A DNA stretch of 64,000 nt, taken from positions 223,697 to 287,696 of the forward strand of contig DCYT01000001.1 of assembly GCA_002331145.1 (NCBI GenBank). Direction: 5' to 3'. Below, piece after piece: positions 37,325 to 46,498 of this stretch; within the stretch, counting starts at the first letter, position 1; the number at the start of each line of letters is the position of its first letter. The translations under genes and the position numbers were made by a program. The notes below the pieces were generated by a model. That model made no database searches. It was given only the letters and a program-made list of their open reading frames with translations, and was not told the origin of the DNA. Source of the DNA: Candidatus Minusculum obligatum. GTDB taxonomy: Bacteria > Patescibacteriota > Minisyncoccia > Phycocordibacterales > Phycocordibacteraceae.

Positions 37325-39214
37325 ATGGAACACAAAAGACCAGGTCCAGGGAAAAAGCCCGGACCACACAAGCGAGGGCCAGGAGGACCAAGGAAACCTC
37401 GACCAAAAATTCACGGAGGGCCATCAACAGCCCCAGGTGGAAACAGAACGGTTCGCAGCAAGCGAAACGCTCGTATGGAGATGCGTCGAGACGCACCAAT
37501 TATTGCTCGTCGTGAAGATGAGTACTATCCAGAAGCTCCAGATAAAGATACAGCTCGAGTTATACCTCTTGGAGGAGTTGAGGAGGTGGGACGAAACTGT
37601 ACTGCTATTGATGTAAATGGAGACATCTTTATTTTGGATGTTGGATTCCAGTTCGTATCAGAAGAGCATGCTCCTGGAATTGACTATGTTCTTCCAAATA
37701 CAAAGTACTTGGAGAAAAACGTAGATCGAATCAGAGGTGCACTTATCACTCACGGTCACCTTGACCACATTGGAGGAGTTCCCTTCATGATGGGACGTAT
37801 TGGAAACCCAACAATCTACACACAGAATCTAACATCTGTGATGATTAAGAAGCGACAGGAAGAATATCCTGATGCACCAAAGCTTGATATTCAGGAAGTG
37901 AAGGTTGGAGATCGAATCAAAATTGGAAACACTTTTGTAAAGTTCTTCCCCGTAACTCACTCTATTCCTGATTCAATGGGAGTATCAATTGAATCTCCAC
38001 ACGGAAACCTGGTTATCTCAGGAGACCTTAAGCTTGACCATGTTGATGGAAAGCCAGCTCCTATTGAGGAGAAAACATGGGGAGAGCTTGGAAAAGACAA
38101 GAACATCTTCTTCATGGGAGATTCAACAAACGCTGAGCGTGATGGATTCTCAATGCCTGAAACAAAGGTACACCAGACTATTGAAGACATCATCAAGACA
38201 GTAAAAGGACGTCTTATTATTGGAACCTTTGCCTCACAGTTTGAGCGAATGGTGAAGATTCTTGAAATGTCTGAGAAGCTTGGAAAGAAAGTGGTTCTTG
38301 AAGGACGAAGTATCAAAACAAACGTGGAGATCGCAAACCATGTGAATCTTCTAAACATTGGAAAGGATGTGATTATTCCTTCAGGAGATATTGATAAGTA
38401 TCCACCAGACAAGATCATTATCATTGCCACAGGAGCTCAGGGAGAGAAGTTTGCTGCTCTTATGCGCATCGCAACTGGTAAGCACAAGTTCGTAAAACTT
38501 ACTCCTCGAGACACTATTGTTTTCTCATCTTCTGTTATTCCAGGAAACGAAGTTTCTGTTCAGAAGCTGAAGGACAATCTATACAGGCATGATATTAACC
38601 TTCTTCACTACCGAACAAGTGATGTGCACTCAACAGGGCACGGAAATACTGGAGAGCTTGTATGGATCAACCAGCAAGTTCACCCTACATTCTTTATGCC
38701 AGGGTACGGATATCACACAATGCTTAGGCTTCATGCCCGCGCTGTTGAGCAATCTGGATTCCCCAAGGAGAACATCATCATTCCAGATAATGGAACAGTG
38801 ATTGATATTATCAAGGGAGAAAAGCTTCACATCCACAAGCAAAAGGTACCTGCTGCCCCACTTCTTGTTGATGGAATCGGAATTGGAGATATGCAGGAAG
38901 TTGTTATCCGAGATCGGCAGATGCTTTCAAAGGATGGAATCTTCGTGATCATTGCAACTGTGCAATTGAAGACCGGAAAGCTTCGAAAGTCTCCTGACAT
39001 TATTTCTCGAGGATTTGTATACATTCGAGAAAACCAGGAGCTCTTCCAGCATGCTCGCATCCTTATCAAGAAGAGTGTTGAGGACACTACACAAGGCATG
39101 CATCCTATCGACCTAGATATTGTGAAGAAGGAACTAACCAATACACTTGAAACGTACCTCTTCCAAAAGACCAACAAAACACCAATTGTTATACCTGTAC
39201 TGATCGGAGTATAA
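37325..39214 (+). CDS. rnj: ribonuclease J (beta-CASP MBL) with basic low-complexity N-terminal extension
   Basis: HGHLDHIGG metallo-beta-lactamase motif, beta-CASP region, and C-terminal domain. About 80-aa Pro/Gly/Lys/Arg-rich N-terminus. Confidence 0.85.
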   Translation: MEHKRPGPGKKPGPHKRGPGGPRKPRPKIHGGPSTAPGGNRTVRSKRNARMEMRRDAPIIARREDEYYPEAPDKDTARVIPLGGVEEVGRNCTAIDVNGDIFILDVGFQFVSEEHAPGIDYVLPNTKYLEKNVDRIRGALITHGHLDHIGGVPFMMGRIGNPTIYTQNLTSVMIKKRQEEYPDAPKLDIQEVKVGDRIKIGNTFVKFFPVTHSIPDSMGVSIESPHGNLVISGDLKLDHVDGKPAPIEEKTWGELGKDKNIFFMGDSTNAERDGFSMPETKVHQTIEDIIKTVKGRLIIGTFASQFERMVKILEMSEKLGKKVVLEGRSIKTNVEIANHVNLLNIGKDVIIPSGDIDKYPPDKIIIIATGAQGEKFAALMRIATGKHKFVKLTPRDTIVFSSSVIPGNEVSVQKLKDNLYRHDINLLHYRTSDVHSTGHGNTGELVWINQQVHPTFFMPGYGYHTMLRLHARAVEQSGFPKENIIIPDNGTVIDIIKGEKLHIHKQKVPAAPLLVDGIGIGDMQEVVIRDRQMLSKDGIFVIIATVQLKTGKLRKSPDIISRGFVYIRENQELFQHARILIKKSVEDTTQGMHPIDLDIVKKELTNTLETYLFQKTNKTPIVIPVLIGV

Positions 39215-39219
39215 GTTAC

Positions 39220-39251
39220 AAAAACCCCAGCAATAGCTGGGGTTTTTGTTT
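39220..39251 (+). terminator. rho-independent terminator after rnj
   Basis: AAAACCCCAGC-AAUA-GCUGGGGUUUU followed by UGUUU. Confidence 0.8.
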
Positions 39252-39277
39252 ATATGTACATGCTATTATGTGCGTAA

Positions 39278-40435
39278 ATGCTAAAGCAGACTCGAGGTAT
39301 TACGATAACCAACTTCTTTGGAGCGCTACACTATTTCCTTACAGTGTTCATTTTGGCTCCCTACTTGGCCCAATTCATGGGTGAAGCTGAAGTTGGGCTA
39401 GTGTTCTCTGCAGCTGCAGTACTTTCTTTCCTTGGGTTTCTTCTCCTTCCTTATGCGTTGAAATTTGTTTCTCTTAAGCGATTTGCACAAGGCTTAAGCC
39501 TTGTGCAGTTCCTTGTACTTCTCGCACTTATACAGTCTCCTTCAGTTGGAATTACTATTGGCCTTGTTGTATTACTTGCGGCGCTCCCTGCTCTTATTGG
39601 ATACGCTTTTGATATTTTCCTAGAGCAAGCAACACGCAGTGAGGGAGACACTGGAAACATTCGCGGTTTCTTTATTACCATTTCAAATATAGCTCTTGTC
39701 CTCTCTCCTCTTGCCATTGGATACATTCTTGGAGATTCAGATGAATATAACAAAATCTTTGCACTAGCTGCCGCAACTCTTTTGCCATTCATGCTTTTGC
39801 TTGCAACCCTTATCAAGGGCGGGAAGCATAAAGAAGAAGCAACGCTTTCATTTAAAAGTACCTTGAAGTGCCTCCTTCATTCAAAAGATATCTTCCTTGG
39901 AGCAAGTGCACATTTTGTAATGCTTCTATTTTTCTCATGGGTAGCAATTTACATCCCGCTATACCTTCATACTGAACTTGGAATTCTTTGGAGTGACCTT
40001 GGGTGGGTTTTCAGTGTAATGCTGCTTCCGTATGTATTTCTTGAATTCCCTCTTGGCTTTGCAGCAGACAAATGGTTTGGAGAGCGTGAGATTATGATGG
40101 GAGGATTTACCATTATGGGAATTGCCATGGCGATGCTTAGCTTTATTACCATTCCTGCCATTACGCTCTTCTTGATCTCTATTCTTATTCTTACTCGTGT
40201 GGGAGGTGCTATGGCTGAAATTACAACAGAAACATACTTCTTTAAGCATGTTGATGGAAATGACTTAAACAGTATCGGACTCTTTAGAATGCTACGACCC
40301 TTAGGCGCTCTTGTTGGACCACTTATTGGAAGTTTTGCCCTTATATTTGTATCACTCCAAAGCCTCTTTATTGTTCTTGGAGGACTGTGTCTTCTTGGAA
40401 TTCCCCTTGCCTTCTTTATTAAAGATACTCGTTAA
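39278..40435 (+). CDS. MFS-type transporter
   Basis: 385 aa, 10-12 TM helices with two-fold repeat. Family not assigned. Confidence 0.55.
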   Translation: MLKQTRGITITNFFGALHYFLTVFILAPYLAQFMGEAEVGLVFSAAAVLSFLGFLLLPYALKFVSLKRFAQGLSLVQFLVLLALIQSPSVGITIGLVVLLAALPALIGYAFDIFLEQATRSEGDTGNIRGFFITISNIALVLSPLAIGYILGDSDEYNKIFALAAATLLPFMLLLATLIKGGKHKEEATLSFKSTLKCLLHSKDIFLGASAHFVMLLFFSWVAIYIPLYLHTELGILWSDLGWVFSVMLLPYVFLEFPLGFAADKWFGEREIMMGGFTIMGIAMAMLSFITIPAITLFLISILILTRVGGAMAEITTETYFFKHVDGNDLNSIGLFRMLRPLGALVGPLIGSFALIFVSLQSLFIVLGGLCLLGIPLAFFIKDTR

Positions 40436-41256
40436 GAGCTGAGTACGTACCCTCTCCCCTTCTTTTGTATAAACCCTTCCTTAAGAAGGTTTTTTATTTG
40501 CTTCTCTACCTGCTCTTTCCTGTCTGGGAAAACTGTTCCTATAGACTTCTTTTGTGTAAGAGCTCGAATAATAGCTCCTCGAACCTCCCTATCGGATCCT
40601 TTAAATACACTCTGCTTATTGTAGTGTTTACTCTTCTTGTTTATGCGAACCCCAGAGGCTTTTAAGTATGCCCCATAGTCCATAAGCGCCCAATACCATT
40701 CTCGAGGATTCTTTTTATCTAACGTTTGCTCAATTATTGGAAATATTTCTTTGTCAGAAACTCCAGGCCTGTCTTTAAAAAAGTGGTGCGTGTAGACAGT
40801 TCGTATGTTTGTCTCGATACATGGGTTTGGAATATTAAATGCAAAAGCTTGTATTGCACATGCTGTATATGGACCAATGCCAGGAATACTCTCTAAGTTT
40901 TCCTTTGGAAAAACTCCCTTATGCTCTTTAACAATATATTTTGCTCCAAGGTGTAGAAGCTTTGCTCGCCTATTGTATCCAAGCCCCTGCCAACATGAGA
41001 GCACCTCAGAGAGTGGTGCGCTTGAAAGTTCTTTAATTGTTTTAAATTTCTTTAGAAACTCTTTGTACTTAGGAAGCACGCGCGCAACCTGTGTCTGCTG
41101 CAACATTATCTCAGACACCCAAATACGATATGGGTTTGTTGTATTTCTCCAAGGAAGATCTCTTCCTTCTTTTTTATAAAAACTCCAGACAAGCTTTTTA
41201 AACTTCTTTTGATCCATCTGCAGCAGGAACAATAAATAGTCCGAGGAAATATGCAA
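40432..41256 (-). CDS. HhH-GPD DNA glycosylase, MutY/adenine-glycosylase-like, lacking the 4Fe-4S cysteine cluster
   Basis: EIMLQQTQV...HhH...GIGPYTA motif pattern of MutY/Nth. No C-x6-C-x2-C-x5-C loop. Confidence 0.6.
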   Translation of the reverse strand: MHISSDYLLFLLQMDQKKFKKLVWSFYKKEGRDLPWRNTTNPYRIWVSEIMLQQTQVARVLPKYKEFLKKFKTIKELSSAPLSEVLSCWQGLGYNRRAKLLHLGAKYIVKEHKGVFPKENLESIPGIGPYTACAIQAFAFNIPNPCIETNIRTVYTHHFFKDRPGVSDKEIFPIIEQTLDKKNPREWYWALMDYGAYLKASGVRINKKSKHYNKQSVFKGSDREVRGAIIRALTQKKSIGTVFPDRKEQVEKQIKNLLKEGFIQKKGRGYVLSS

Positions 41257-41402
41257 TAAGTCCTGGGAAGATACCGGTAAAGATAGTTACCATCATGTAT
41301 CCAAATCGAAAGATAACAGGATCCATATCTAGGTACTCTCCGATACCTCCAAACACTCCTGCAAATACTTTATTTGTTTTACTTCGTGTGAGTAGTTTCT
41401 TC
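41198..41402 (-). CDS. pspC: PspC-domain membrane protein
   Basis: LTRSKTNKVFAGVFGGIGEYLDMDPVIFRFGYMMVTIFTGIFP = PspC domain. Start set at MKKLL (41402), because an intrinsic terminator lies inside the longer ORF-track extension. Confidence 0.7.
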
Positions 41403-41421
41403 ATTGCGCTGAGTATAGCAA

Positions 41422-41450
41422 ATAAAAAAGCCGCCACAAAGTGTGACGGC
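41422..41450 (-). terminator. intrinsic terminator 20 nt upstream of the pspC start (end of leader/sRNA)
   Basis: GCCGUCACA-CUU-UGUGGCGGC 9-bp stem followed by UUUUUU on the minus-strand transcript. Confidence 0.65.
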
Positions 41451-41672
41451 AAAGATCAGGCGGACTCAGAAGGAGATTTTTCCAGTTAAGGTACCAGCTC
41501 GTGAACTGCGCATTTCGACACGAGTATTAAATTAGGTGCGCTCTGGCTCGAACAGTCTTTCAGGACATTCCAATACTTCAGAATAGAAGCAAGTTAGTCT
41601 CAACAAAACTGTTGACGAGGCCGCTTAGGAACGTTCCCCTTGGGTCCTCCTGGGTTATCTCCTCCTGAGTCC
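41451..41672 (-). ncRNA. candidate non-coding leader/sRNA between nth and pspC (about 250 nt, promoter-to-terminator, no ORF)
   Basis: Minus-strand TTGACG-N18-TAGTAT promoter (41679-41708) overlapping the nth stop. Purine-rich structured region (GGACUCAGGAGGAGAUAACCCAGGAGGACCCAAGGGGAACGUUCC...). Ends in the terminator just before the pspC start. Confidence 0.35.
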
Positions 41673-41704
41673 GATACGATACTACCTTATTCTACCTCCC
41701 GGCG

Positions 41705-42370
41705 TCAACCCTTATGCCACCCTTGTGCAGCTTCTGGATAAATCTTTACGAGCGGATCTTCTGTAGTGTCGTACTTCCTTGCAGGAGCAATATCTCTTCC
41801 ATATTCAATAGCTAGATACGTAAAATTAAACCAATCCTTCTTTGGAACTATCTCCATTAAGTCCTGTTCTATTTTCTCTGGAGTTTTATTATCTGTTAGA
41901 TCAAATCGTATTGAAAACCTCTTTACATGCGTATCAACTGCAATCCCCTCTACAATTCCATATGCATTCCCCAAAACAACATTGGCCGTCTTCCTTCCAA
42001 CACCAGGTATCTTTATCATCTCCTCTATTGTTTTAGGAATTTTCCCTCCAAACTCTTCTTTTACAACCTTTGCTCCTGCCAAGACATTCTTGGCTTTCAT
42101 TTTATAAAACCCCGTTGACTTAATATCTTGCTCAAACTCTCTAATATCTGCATTCACATAATCATCAAGCTTCTTATATTTCTTAAAAAGCTTTTCAGTT
42201 ACCTTATTCACCATCTTGTCAGTGCATTGCGCAGAGAGTGCAACAGCAACAACAAGCTCCCAATTATTTGAATAATTGAGCATCATTTCTGCCTTTGGGA
42301 AAAGACTTTTGAGTTTTTTTACAAGCTTTCCAGCTCTTACCTTTCGCTCTTTAAGCTTCTTTGGCTCCAT
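41705..42370 (-). CDS. nth: endonuclease III (Nth) homolog without Fe-S cysteine cluster
   Basis: HhH-GPD core (IPGVGRKTANVVLG..D.HV.R). Lys-rich N-terminal extension; start uncertain (42286-42433). Confidence 0.75.
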   Translation of the reverse strand: MEPKKLKERKVRAGKLVKKLKSLFPKAEMMLNYSNNWELVVAVALSAQCTDKMVNKVTEKLFKKYKKLDDYVNADIREFEQDIKSTGFYKMKAKNVLAGAKVVKEEFGGKIPKTIEEMIKIPGVGRKTANVVLGNAYGIVEGIAVDTHVKRFSIRFDLTDNKTPEKIEQDLMEIVPKKDWFNFTYLAIEYGRDIAPARKYDTTEDPLVKIYPEAAQGWHKG

Positions 42371-43076
42371 TTTTCTGGATTTCCTTCGCTTCCTCAAGAC
42401 GCTTCTCTTCTTTTTGTACCACCTTCTCAGCAACCTTTCGTTTTGTGTACAAATTCATAAGCGCAAAGATAAGCATGCTAGAAAATACAATTCCTAGAAC
42501 GTTCACGAGATAAAGCGTGAATGCTCCTGAGATAACAGCAATATCAAGATTTGCTACTCCAATACCAATTGTTGCAAGCGGTGGAATAAGTGCCACTGAT
42601 ACTGCAATACCAGGAAGTGTTGCAGATAGCGCAGGTTGCGCTAGTGAGTATGAGACAGCAAGACCTGCCACAATAGCAACCCCAACATAAATAAGAGATG
42701 GCTCTGTTCGAAGAAGAATTTCGCTTGTAATAGGTGCAAACGGCGCAAAGATAAGTGTTGCGGCAGCGGCAGTAAGAATTGCGGCAGCTGATGCCTTGAG
42801 GAAGGTTGCAATGGATCGAGCGATGATTGGCCCATCAGACATAATTATTGAAAGAGAAATAGAAAGAATTGGAAATAGAATTGGAGCTAGAAGCATTGAC
42901 CCAATTACAATTGCTGGGTTATTAGCAATAAGTCCAAGTGTTGCCATGAGTACGGAAAGCACAATAAAGAAGAAGAAGTCAAAATCTCCTGTACTCTCAC
43001 GAATCAAAAGGTCTACTGCCTTTGTCTTGTCTGAGTCGTTGATTGTGCGCAAGTGCGCAATGAAGTTAAACACCAT
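42351..43076 (-). CDS. DUF389-family integral membrane protein
   Basis: Hydrophobic protein with about 6 TM followed by a Lys/Glu-rich C-terminal tail. Architecture of the TIGR00341/DUF389 family. Confidence 0.5.
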   Translation of the reverse strand: MVFNFIAHLRTINDSDKTKAVDLLIRESTGDFDFFFFIVLSVLMATLGLIANNPAIVIGSMLLAPILFPILSISLSIIMSDGPIIARSIATFLKASAAAILTAAAATLIFAPFAPITSEILLRTEPSLIYVGVAIVAGLAVSYSLAQPALSATLPGIAVSVALIPPLATIGIGVANLDIAVISGAFTLYLVNVLGIVFSSMLIFALMNLYTKRKVAEKVVQKEEKRLEEAKEIQKNGAKEA

Positions 43077-43096
43077 ATATAGCGATTATATCATTT

Positions 43097-43573
43097 CTAC
43101 CCCTCCTCTTTTCGCATCATTGGTGGGATAAGGTCTGTATACCGAGGAGACTCTTTGGGAATACGAATAATAAAGAGAGCGACAATAAGAAGAAGTGTTG
43201 AGAGAAGCGCAGAGAACATGCAGTACATACACACTGCTTCAATTACGAAGAATTGTAGGTACGTAAAGTACAGAGAGAACAAAAACCCAACTGCTGTTCC
43301 AAATACAAAGAAATGAGAGAGAGTTCGTGCTCGTACCATAAGCATGGTTGCTGCAAGTACAAAAATACCAAAGTAGAAAAGCACTCCCCATGAAGCAAGC
43401 GGTACTCCAAGCACTGTTGAGTATGGACTTGCAGCTACTGCATTACATCCATCTAACAAACTACAATTTAAAGGTGTTCCTGTTGTGTGCGCCTGCACCA
43501 AATAAAAGGTATTGGTAAGTCCAACAAACGCTAGAATAACTGCTGCCCATACAAGTCCTACGTACTTTTTCAT
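43097..43573 (-). CDS. VKOR-family (vitamin K epoxide reductase-like) membrane disulfide oxidoreductase
   Basis: Loop Cys pair (CSLLDGC) and TM CxxC (CMYC) within a 4-5 TM protein. Confidence 0.6.
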   Translation of the reverse strand: MKKYVGLVWAAVILAFVGLTNTFYLVQAHTTGTPLNCSLLDGCNAVAASPYSTVLGVPLASWGVLFYFGIFVLAATMLMVRARTLSHFFVFGTAVGFLFSLYFTYLQFFVIEAVCMYCMFSALLSTLLLIVALFIIRIPKESPRYTDLIPPMMRKEEG

Positions 43574-43593
43574 ATTAACTAATCCTATAGAAA

Positions 43594-43821
43594 TTAATCT
43601 TCTTTCGCAAATCGAGGCTGACCCCCTTCATTTTCAATAAACATTGAAAGAGGTCTCGCCCAAATAAGCTCTCTATTATTTCTGTCTTGATAGATAACAA
43701 GCTCCTCAAGAGTCTCAGAGTGCCGCCCCACAAACAACACTTCATATTCTCCACCTTTATAGTGTCGATAATTCCCTAGCGGGAGTTTTTTTGCTGCATC
43801 TGAGTATACAAGCTCCCCCAT
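43594..43821 (-). CDS. DUF1653 family protein
   Basis: GNYRHYKGGEYEVLFVGRHSETLEELVIYQ matches the DUF1653 core. Confidence 0.55.
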   Translation of the reverse strand: MGELVYSDAAKKLPLGNYRHYKGGEYEVLFVGRHSETLEELVIYQDRNNRELIWARPLSMFIENEGGQPRFAKED

Positions 43822-43824
43822 AGA

Positions 43825-44028
43825 CTATTTCTTCCAATCTTTAATAACGAGCCTCTTTCGCTTCTCGTCTACCTCAACAACAAGCTTCTGTCGGTCTCGC
43901 CACTTAAATTTACGCACCGCATCAATAGGAAGCGTTACGCTATAACTTGCCCCTCCTGCAATTTTAGTAAGTGCACGTATGTGCCGTTTTTCTAGTTCTC
44001 TTCGTGCCATATGAGAAGAGTGTATCAC
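43825..44028 (-). CDS. small AbrB/MazE-like (swapped-hairpin) DNA-binding protein
   Basis: 67 aa, SYSVTLPIDAVRKFKW...VVEVDE pattern. Weak assignment. Confidence 0.35.
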   Translation of the reverse strand: MIHSSHMARRELEKRHIRALTKIAGGASYSVTLPIDAVRKFKWRDRQKLVVEVDEKRKRLVIKDWKK

Positions 44029-44053
44029 AAAACTACGTAATTAACTACGTAGT

Positions 44054-45160
44054 TTAAATTCTTTTATACCCACCGGGCACACCATTTTTAGACAAAACAA
44101 TTTGCCAATCTTGTATAAATCGTGCTCTTGATGAGCCCTGCATCGTCTCTAAATAATACTTCCACATTCTGTAGAATCGCTCCCCATACTTATCTTTAAG
44201 TTTTGGCCATGCGGCATCAAAGTTCTCAAACCAAGCTTTTAATGTTGGCTCATAATCTGCACCAAAACTATACCAATCTTCCAACACAAAAAGGTCATCA
44301 ATGGACTCTCCTATCTGCTGCACCGAAGGAAGCATTCCATTTGGGAAAATATATTTATCAAGCCAAGGTTCTCCGAGCTTATTTGTGTTATTTTCTCCAA
44401 TAGTTTGAAGCACAAACAAACCATCATCACTGAGTACGTCGTGAACTTTTTGCATAAAGGTTCTAAAATTTTTATATCCTACAGCCTCAAACATCTCGAC
44501 AGAAACCACATGATCAAATGTTCCTGTTAAGTCTCTATAGTCCATAAACTTGAAATCTACATTTAGGCCTTTTGTTACTTCTTCTGCTTTTTTCTTTTGT
44601 TCTTTTGAAAGAGTTATACCCGTAACTTTTGCTCCATAGTTCTCTGCCGCATGCTTTGCAAGACCTCCAAAACCAAATCCAATATCGAGAATATGATCTC
44701 CTTTCTTTAACTTCATCTTTTTACAAAGCAGATCCATCTTCTGCTCCTGTGCGTCATCTAGATTATCTACCCCATCCCATACAGCGCAGGTGTACACCAT
44801 CCCCTTTCCAAGCATCGCTTCATACAGATCATTTCCTAGATCATAGTGATCTTCTGCAACTTTTGGTGCACGCGCTTTTGACTGCAGATTCATAAACATA
44901 TTTCCCAAAATACTTAGGAGAGGTCGTTTGTTTGCCTCTTTATGAATATTTGACTTCAATATTCTGTAAATAAGTTCGTTGAGGTCATCGCAATCCCACC
45001 AACCATCCATATACGATTCACCAAGCGCTAGTGAGCCTCCTCTTAAAACACGTCCATAGAAACGCTCATCATGAACCTGTATATCCCAAGCTCTATCTCC
45101 ATTAAATTGAATGTCCGCTTTCTGCACGAACTCTGTTAGGACCTTTTTAGCAATATTCAT
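44054..45160 (-). CDS. cfa: cyclopropane-fatty-acyl-phospholipid synthase family SAM-dependent methyltransferase
   Basis: ILDIGFGFGGLAKHAAENYGAKVTGITLS (SAM motif I) and CFA-synthase-like length and architecture. 368 aa. Confidence 0.75.
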   Translation of the reverse strand: MNIAKKVLTEFVQKADIQFNGDRAWDIQVHDERFYGRVLRGGSLALGESYMDGWWDCDDLNELIYRILKSNIHKEANKRPLLSILGNMFMNLQSKARAPKVAEDHYDLGNDLYEAMLGKGMVYTCAVWDGVDNLDDAQEQKMDLLCKKMKLKKGDHILDIGFGFGGLAKHAAENYGAKVTGITLSKEQKKKAEEVTKGLNVDFKFMDYRDLTGTFDHVVSVEMFEAVGYKNFRTFMQKVHDVLSDDGLFVLQTIGENNTNKLGEPWLDKYIFPNGMLPSVQQIGESIDDLFVLEDWYSFGADYEPTLKAWFENFDAAWPKLKDKYGERFYRMWKYYLETMQGSSRARFIQDWQIVLSKNGVPGGYKRI

Positions 45161-45557
45161 TGCAGAAAGTATACCAAACTTCTTTGCTGCCCGTTCAATG
45201 CCATTATTCGAACTTTAGCGCGGGGATTTGCTCAAAAGAAAAATGATCACACGATGGACACATAACAAGATCTTGTTTTTAGTGTAGAATGTACTCAGAT
45301 GGAGACGAAGGTACGCCATGCGTCTCCGGCCTAAATGTTCTTTCAAAGAAAATAATTCCTTCTCGTCCTTGAGAAGGCAAGATCACTAAGGGCTTCTCTC
45401 CATCTGGAGGGAAGCCCATTTTCATATTTACTATTACAAGATATCTGCTCCACAGAGTAAAAATGACCACGCCAACGATAACTAAGCCGCTCCGCACAAC
45501 CATTTACAAATTGGATATTTATGCTTTAATTCAATTAGTTAACGGTTGGAGGTAACC

Positions 45558-45698
45558 ATGGCCAACTTTGGCTCTTTGATCAAGAAAGCATGGGATGAAC
45601 AAAATCCCTGGATGGTGGCATCAGTTGCTGCAGTCTACTTATCAGCCTTCTGGAGTCTTCTCTATTGGCTCGCATTTTATGCGCCAAGAGGTTCCTAA
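45558..45698 (+). CDS. 46-aa small membrane protein (MANFGSLIKKAWDEQNPWMVASVAAVYLSAFWSLLYWLAFYAPRGS)
   Basis: SD GGAGGT upstream of ATG. Hydrophobic helix. Intrinsic terminator follows. Preferred over the overlapping 45595 ORF, which has no SD. Confidence 0.45.
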   Translation: MANFGSLIKKAWDEQNPWMVASVAAVYLSAFWSLLYWLAFYAPRGS

Positions 45699-45720
45699 GG
45701 CTGATATAAAAGCCCTTCGA

Positions 45721-45752
45721 AAGGTCGCGCCTGGCGCGGCCTTTTTCTTTTC
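45721..45752 (+). terminator. rho-independent terminator (GGUCGCG-CCUGG-CGCGGCC + UUUUUCUUUU)
   Basis: GC stem followed by a T-tract. Confidence 0.7.
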
Positions 45753-45923
45753 AGAACAAAACACCCCACTAGGGACAGCGAACCTGAACACACGGCTTTA
45801 AGCCGTATTCTCAGGCCTCCTTCACCGTGTTCTCCAAATACTCAAAAGCACGAACTTTTGGTCGCGCTTTTGAGTGCATGATTATGCGGTTTTTGGTGGG
45901 ACGGCTTGTGCCGTCCCTACTAG

Positions 45924-45994
45924 CTGCCCGGCAGGGAATCGAACCCCGATTTTTGGTACCAGAAACCAACGTCCTACCGTTAGACGACCAGGCA
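45924..45994 (-). tRNA. tRNA-Gln (anticodon CUG)
   Basis: U1-A72 acceptor (typical of bacterial tRNA-Gln), D-arm GUCUAACGGUAGGAC, anticodon stem UUGGU/ACCAA with loop UUCUGGU, T-arm UCGGGGUUCGAUUCCCUG. Confidence 0.75.
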
Positions 45995-46025
45995 AGTTCC
46001 CGTAGGATAGTCTAAAAATCAATAT

Positions 46026-46063
46026 ATTTCAAACAAAAAGGCACATCATTTGCGATGTGCCTT
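46026..46063 (-). terminator. intrinsic terminator downstream of the 118-aa gene
   Basis: GGCACAUC-GCAAAU-GAUGUGCC followed by UUUUUGUUUG on the minus-strand transcript. Confidence 0.65.
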
Positions 46064-46070
46064 GAGTAGA

Positions 46071-46427
46071 TCATACGACCTGAGAAGCAGGGACACTTTC
46101 GAACCCTCTTCTTTGGCTCCGGGGATCCCAGTTAGGCTCATTTACCTTATGTCCCTTCTCATACACAGCCCGACAGGCATGCAGATCAGAAGGAGACATT
46201 CCTTGAACCTTCTTCATGGGAAGTTCGGCGCTCATTTCCGTAAGACGGAAATGCGTGAGAACTGCCTCATACCCTTCTTGGGTGAGATTCTTGCCTTCCC
46301 AGCGACAACCGACTTTCTCTGAAACACTCCAACCAGGAAGATTGTTGTGCTCCCAGTCAGCCTGAACTTGTCCGCACTCATCGATATTCACCGAATAGCA
46401 CGCCTTTTCTTCTGTAAGTAGGGACAC
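46071..46427 (-). CDS. hypothetical protein (118 aa, GTG start)
   Basis: Strong SD AGGGAGGAAG 6 nt upstream of GTG. Moderately GC-rich. Cys/His-containing. Adjacent to tRNA-Gln. No family recognised. Confidence 0.4.
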   Translation of the reverse strand: MSLLTEEKACYSVNIDECGQVQADWEHNNLPGWSVSEKVGCRWEGKNLTQEGYEAVLTHFRLTEMSAELPMKKVQGMSPSDLHACRAVYEKGHKVNEPNWDPRSQRRGFESVPASQVV

Positions 46428-46498
46428 TTTCTTCCTCCCTGGCTATTGAGCTTAAGTGCTCCTAACCTGAAGATATTCCTGAAACAGGAAACTGTCAA

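Noticed and set aside
45279-45503. 74-aa minus-strand ORF
   Set aside because: No SD. It lies inside the hairpin-rich leader region and has an odd composition.
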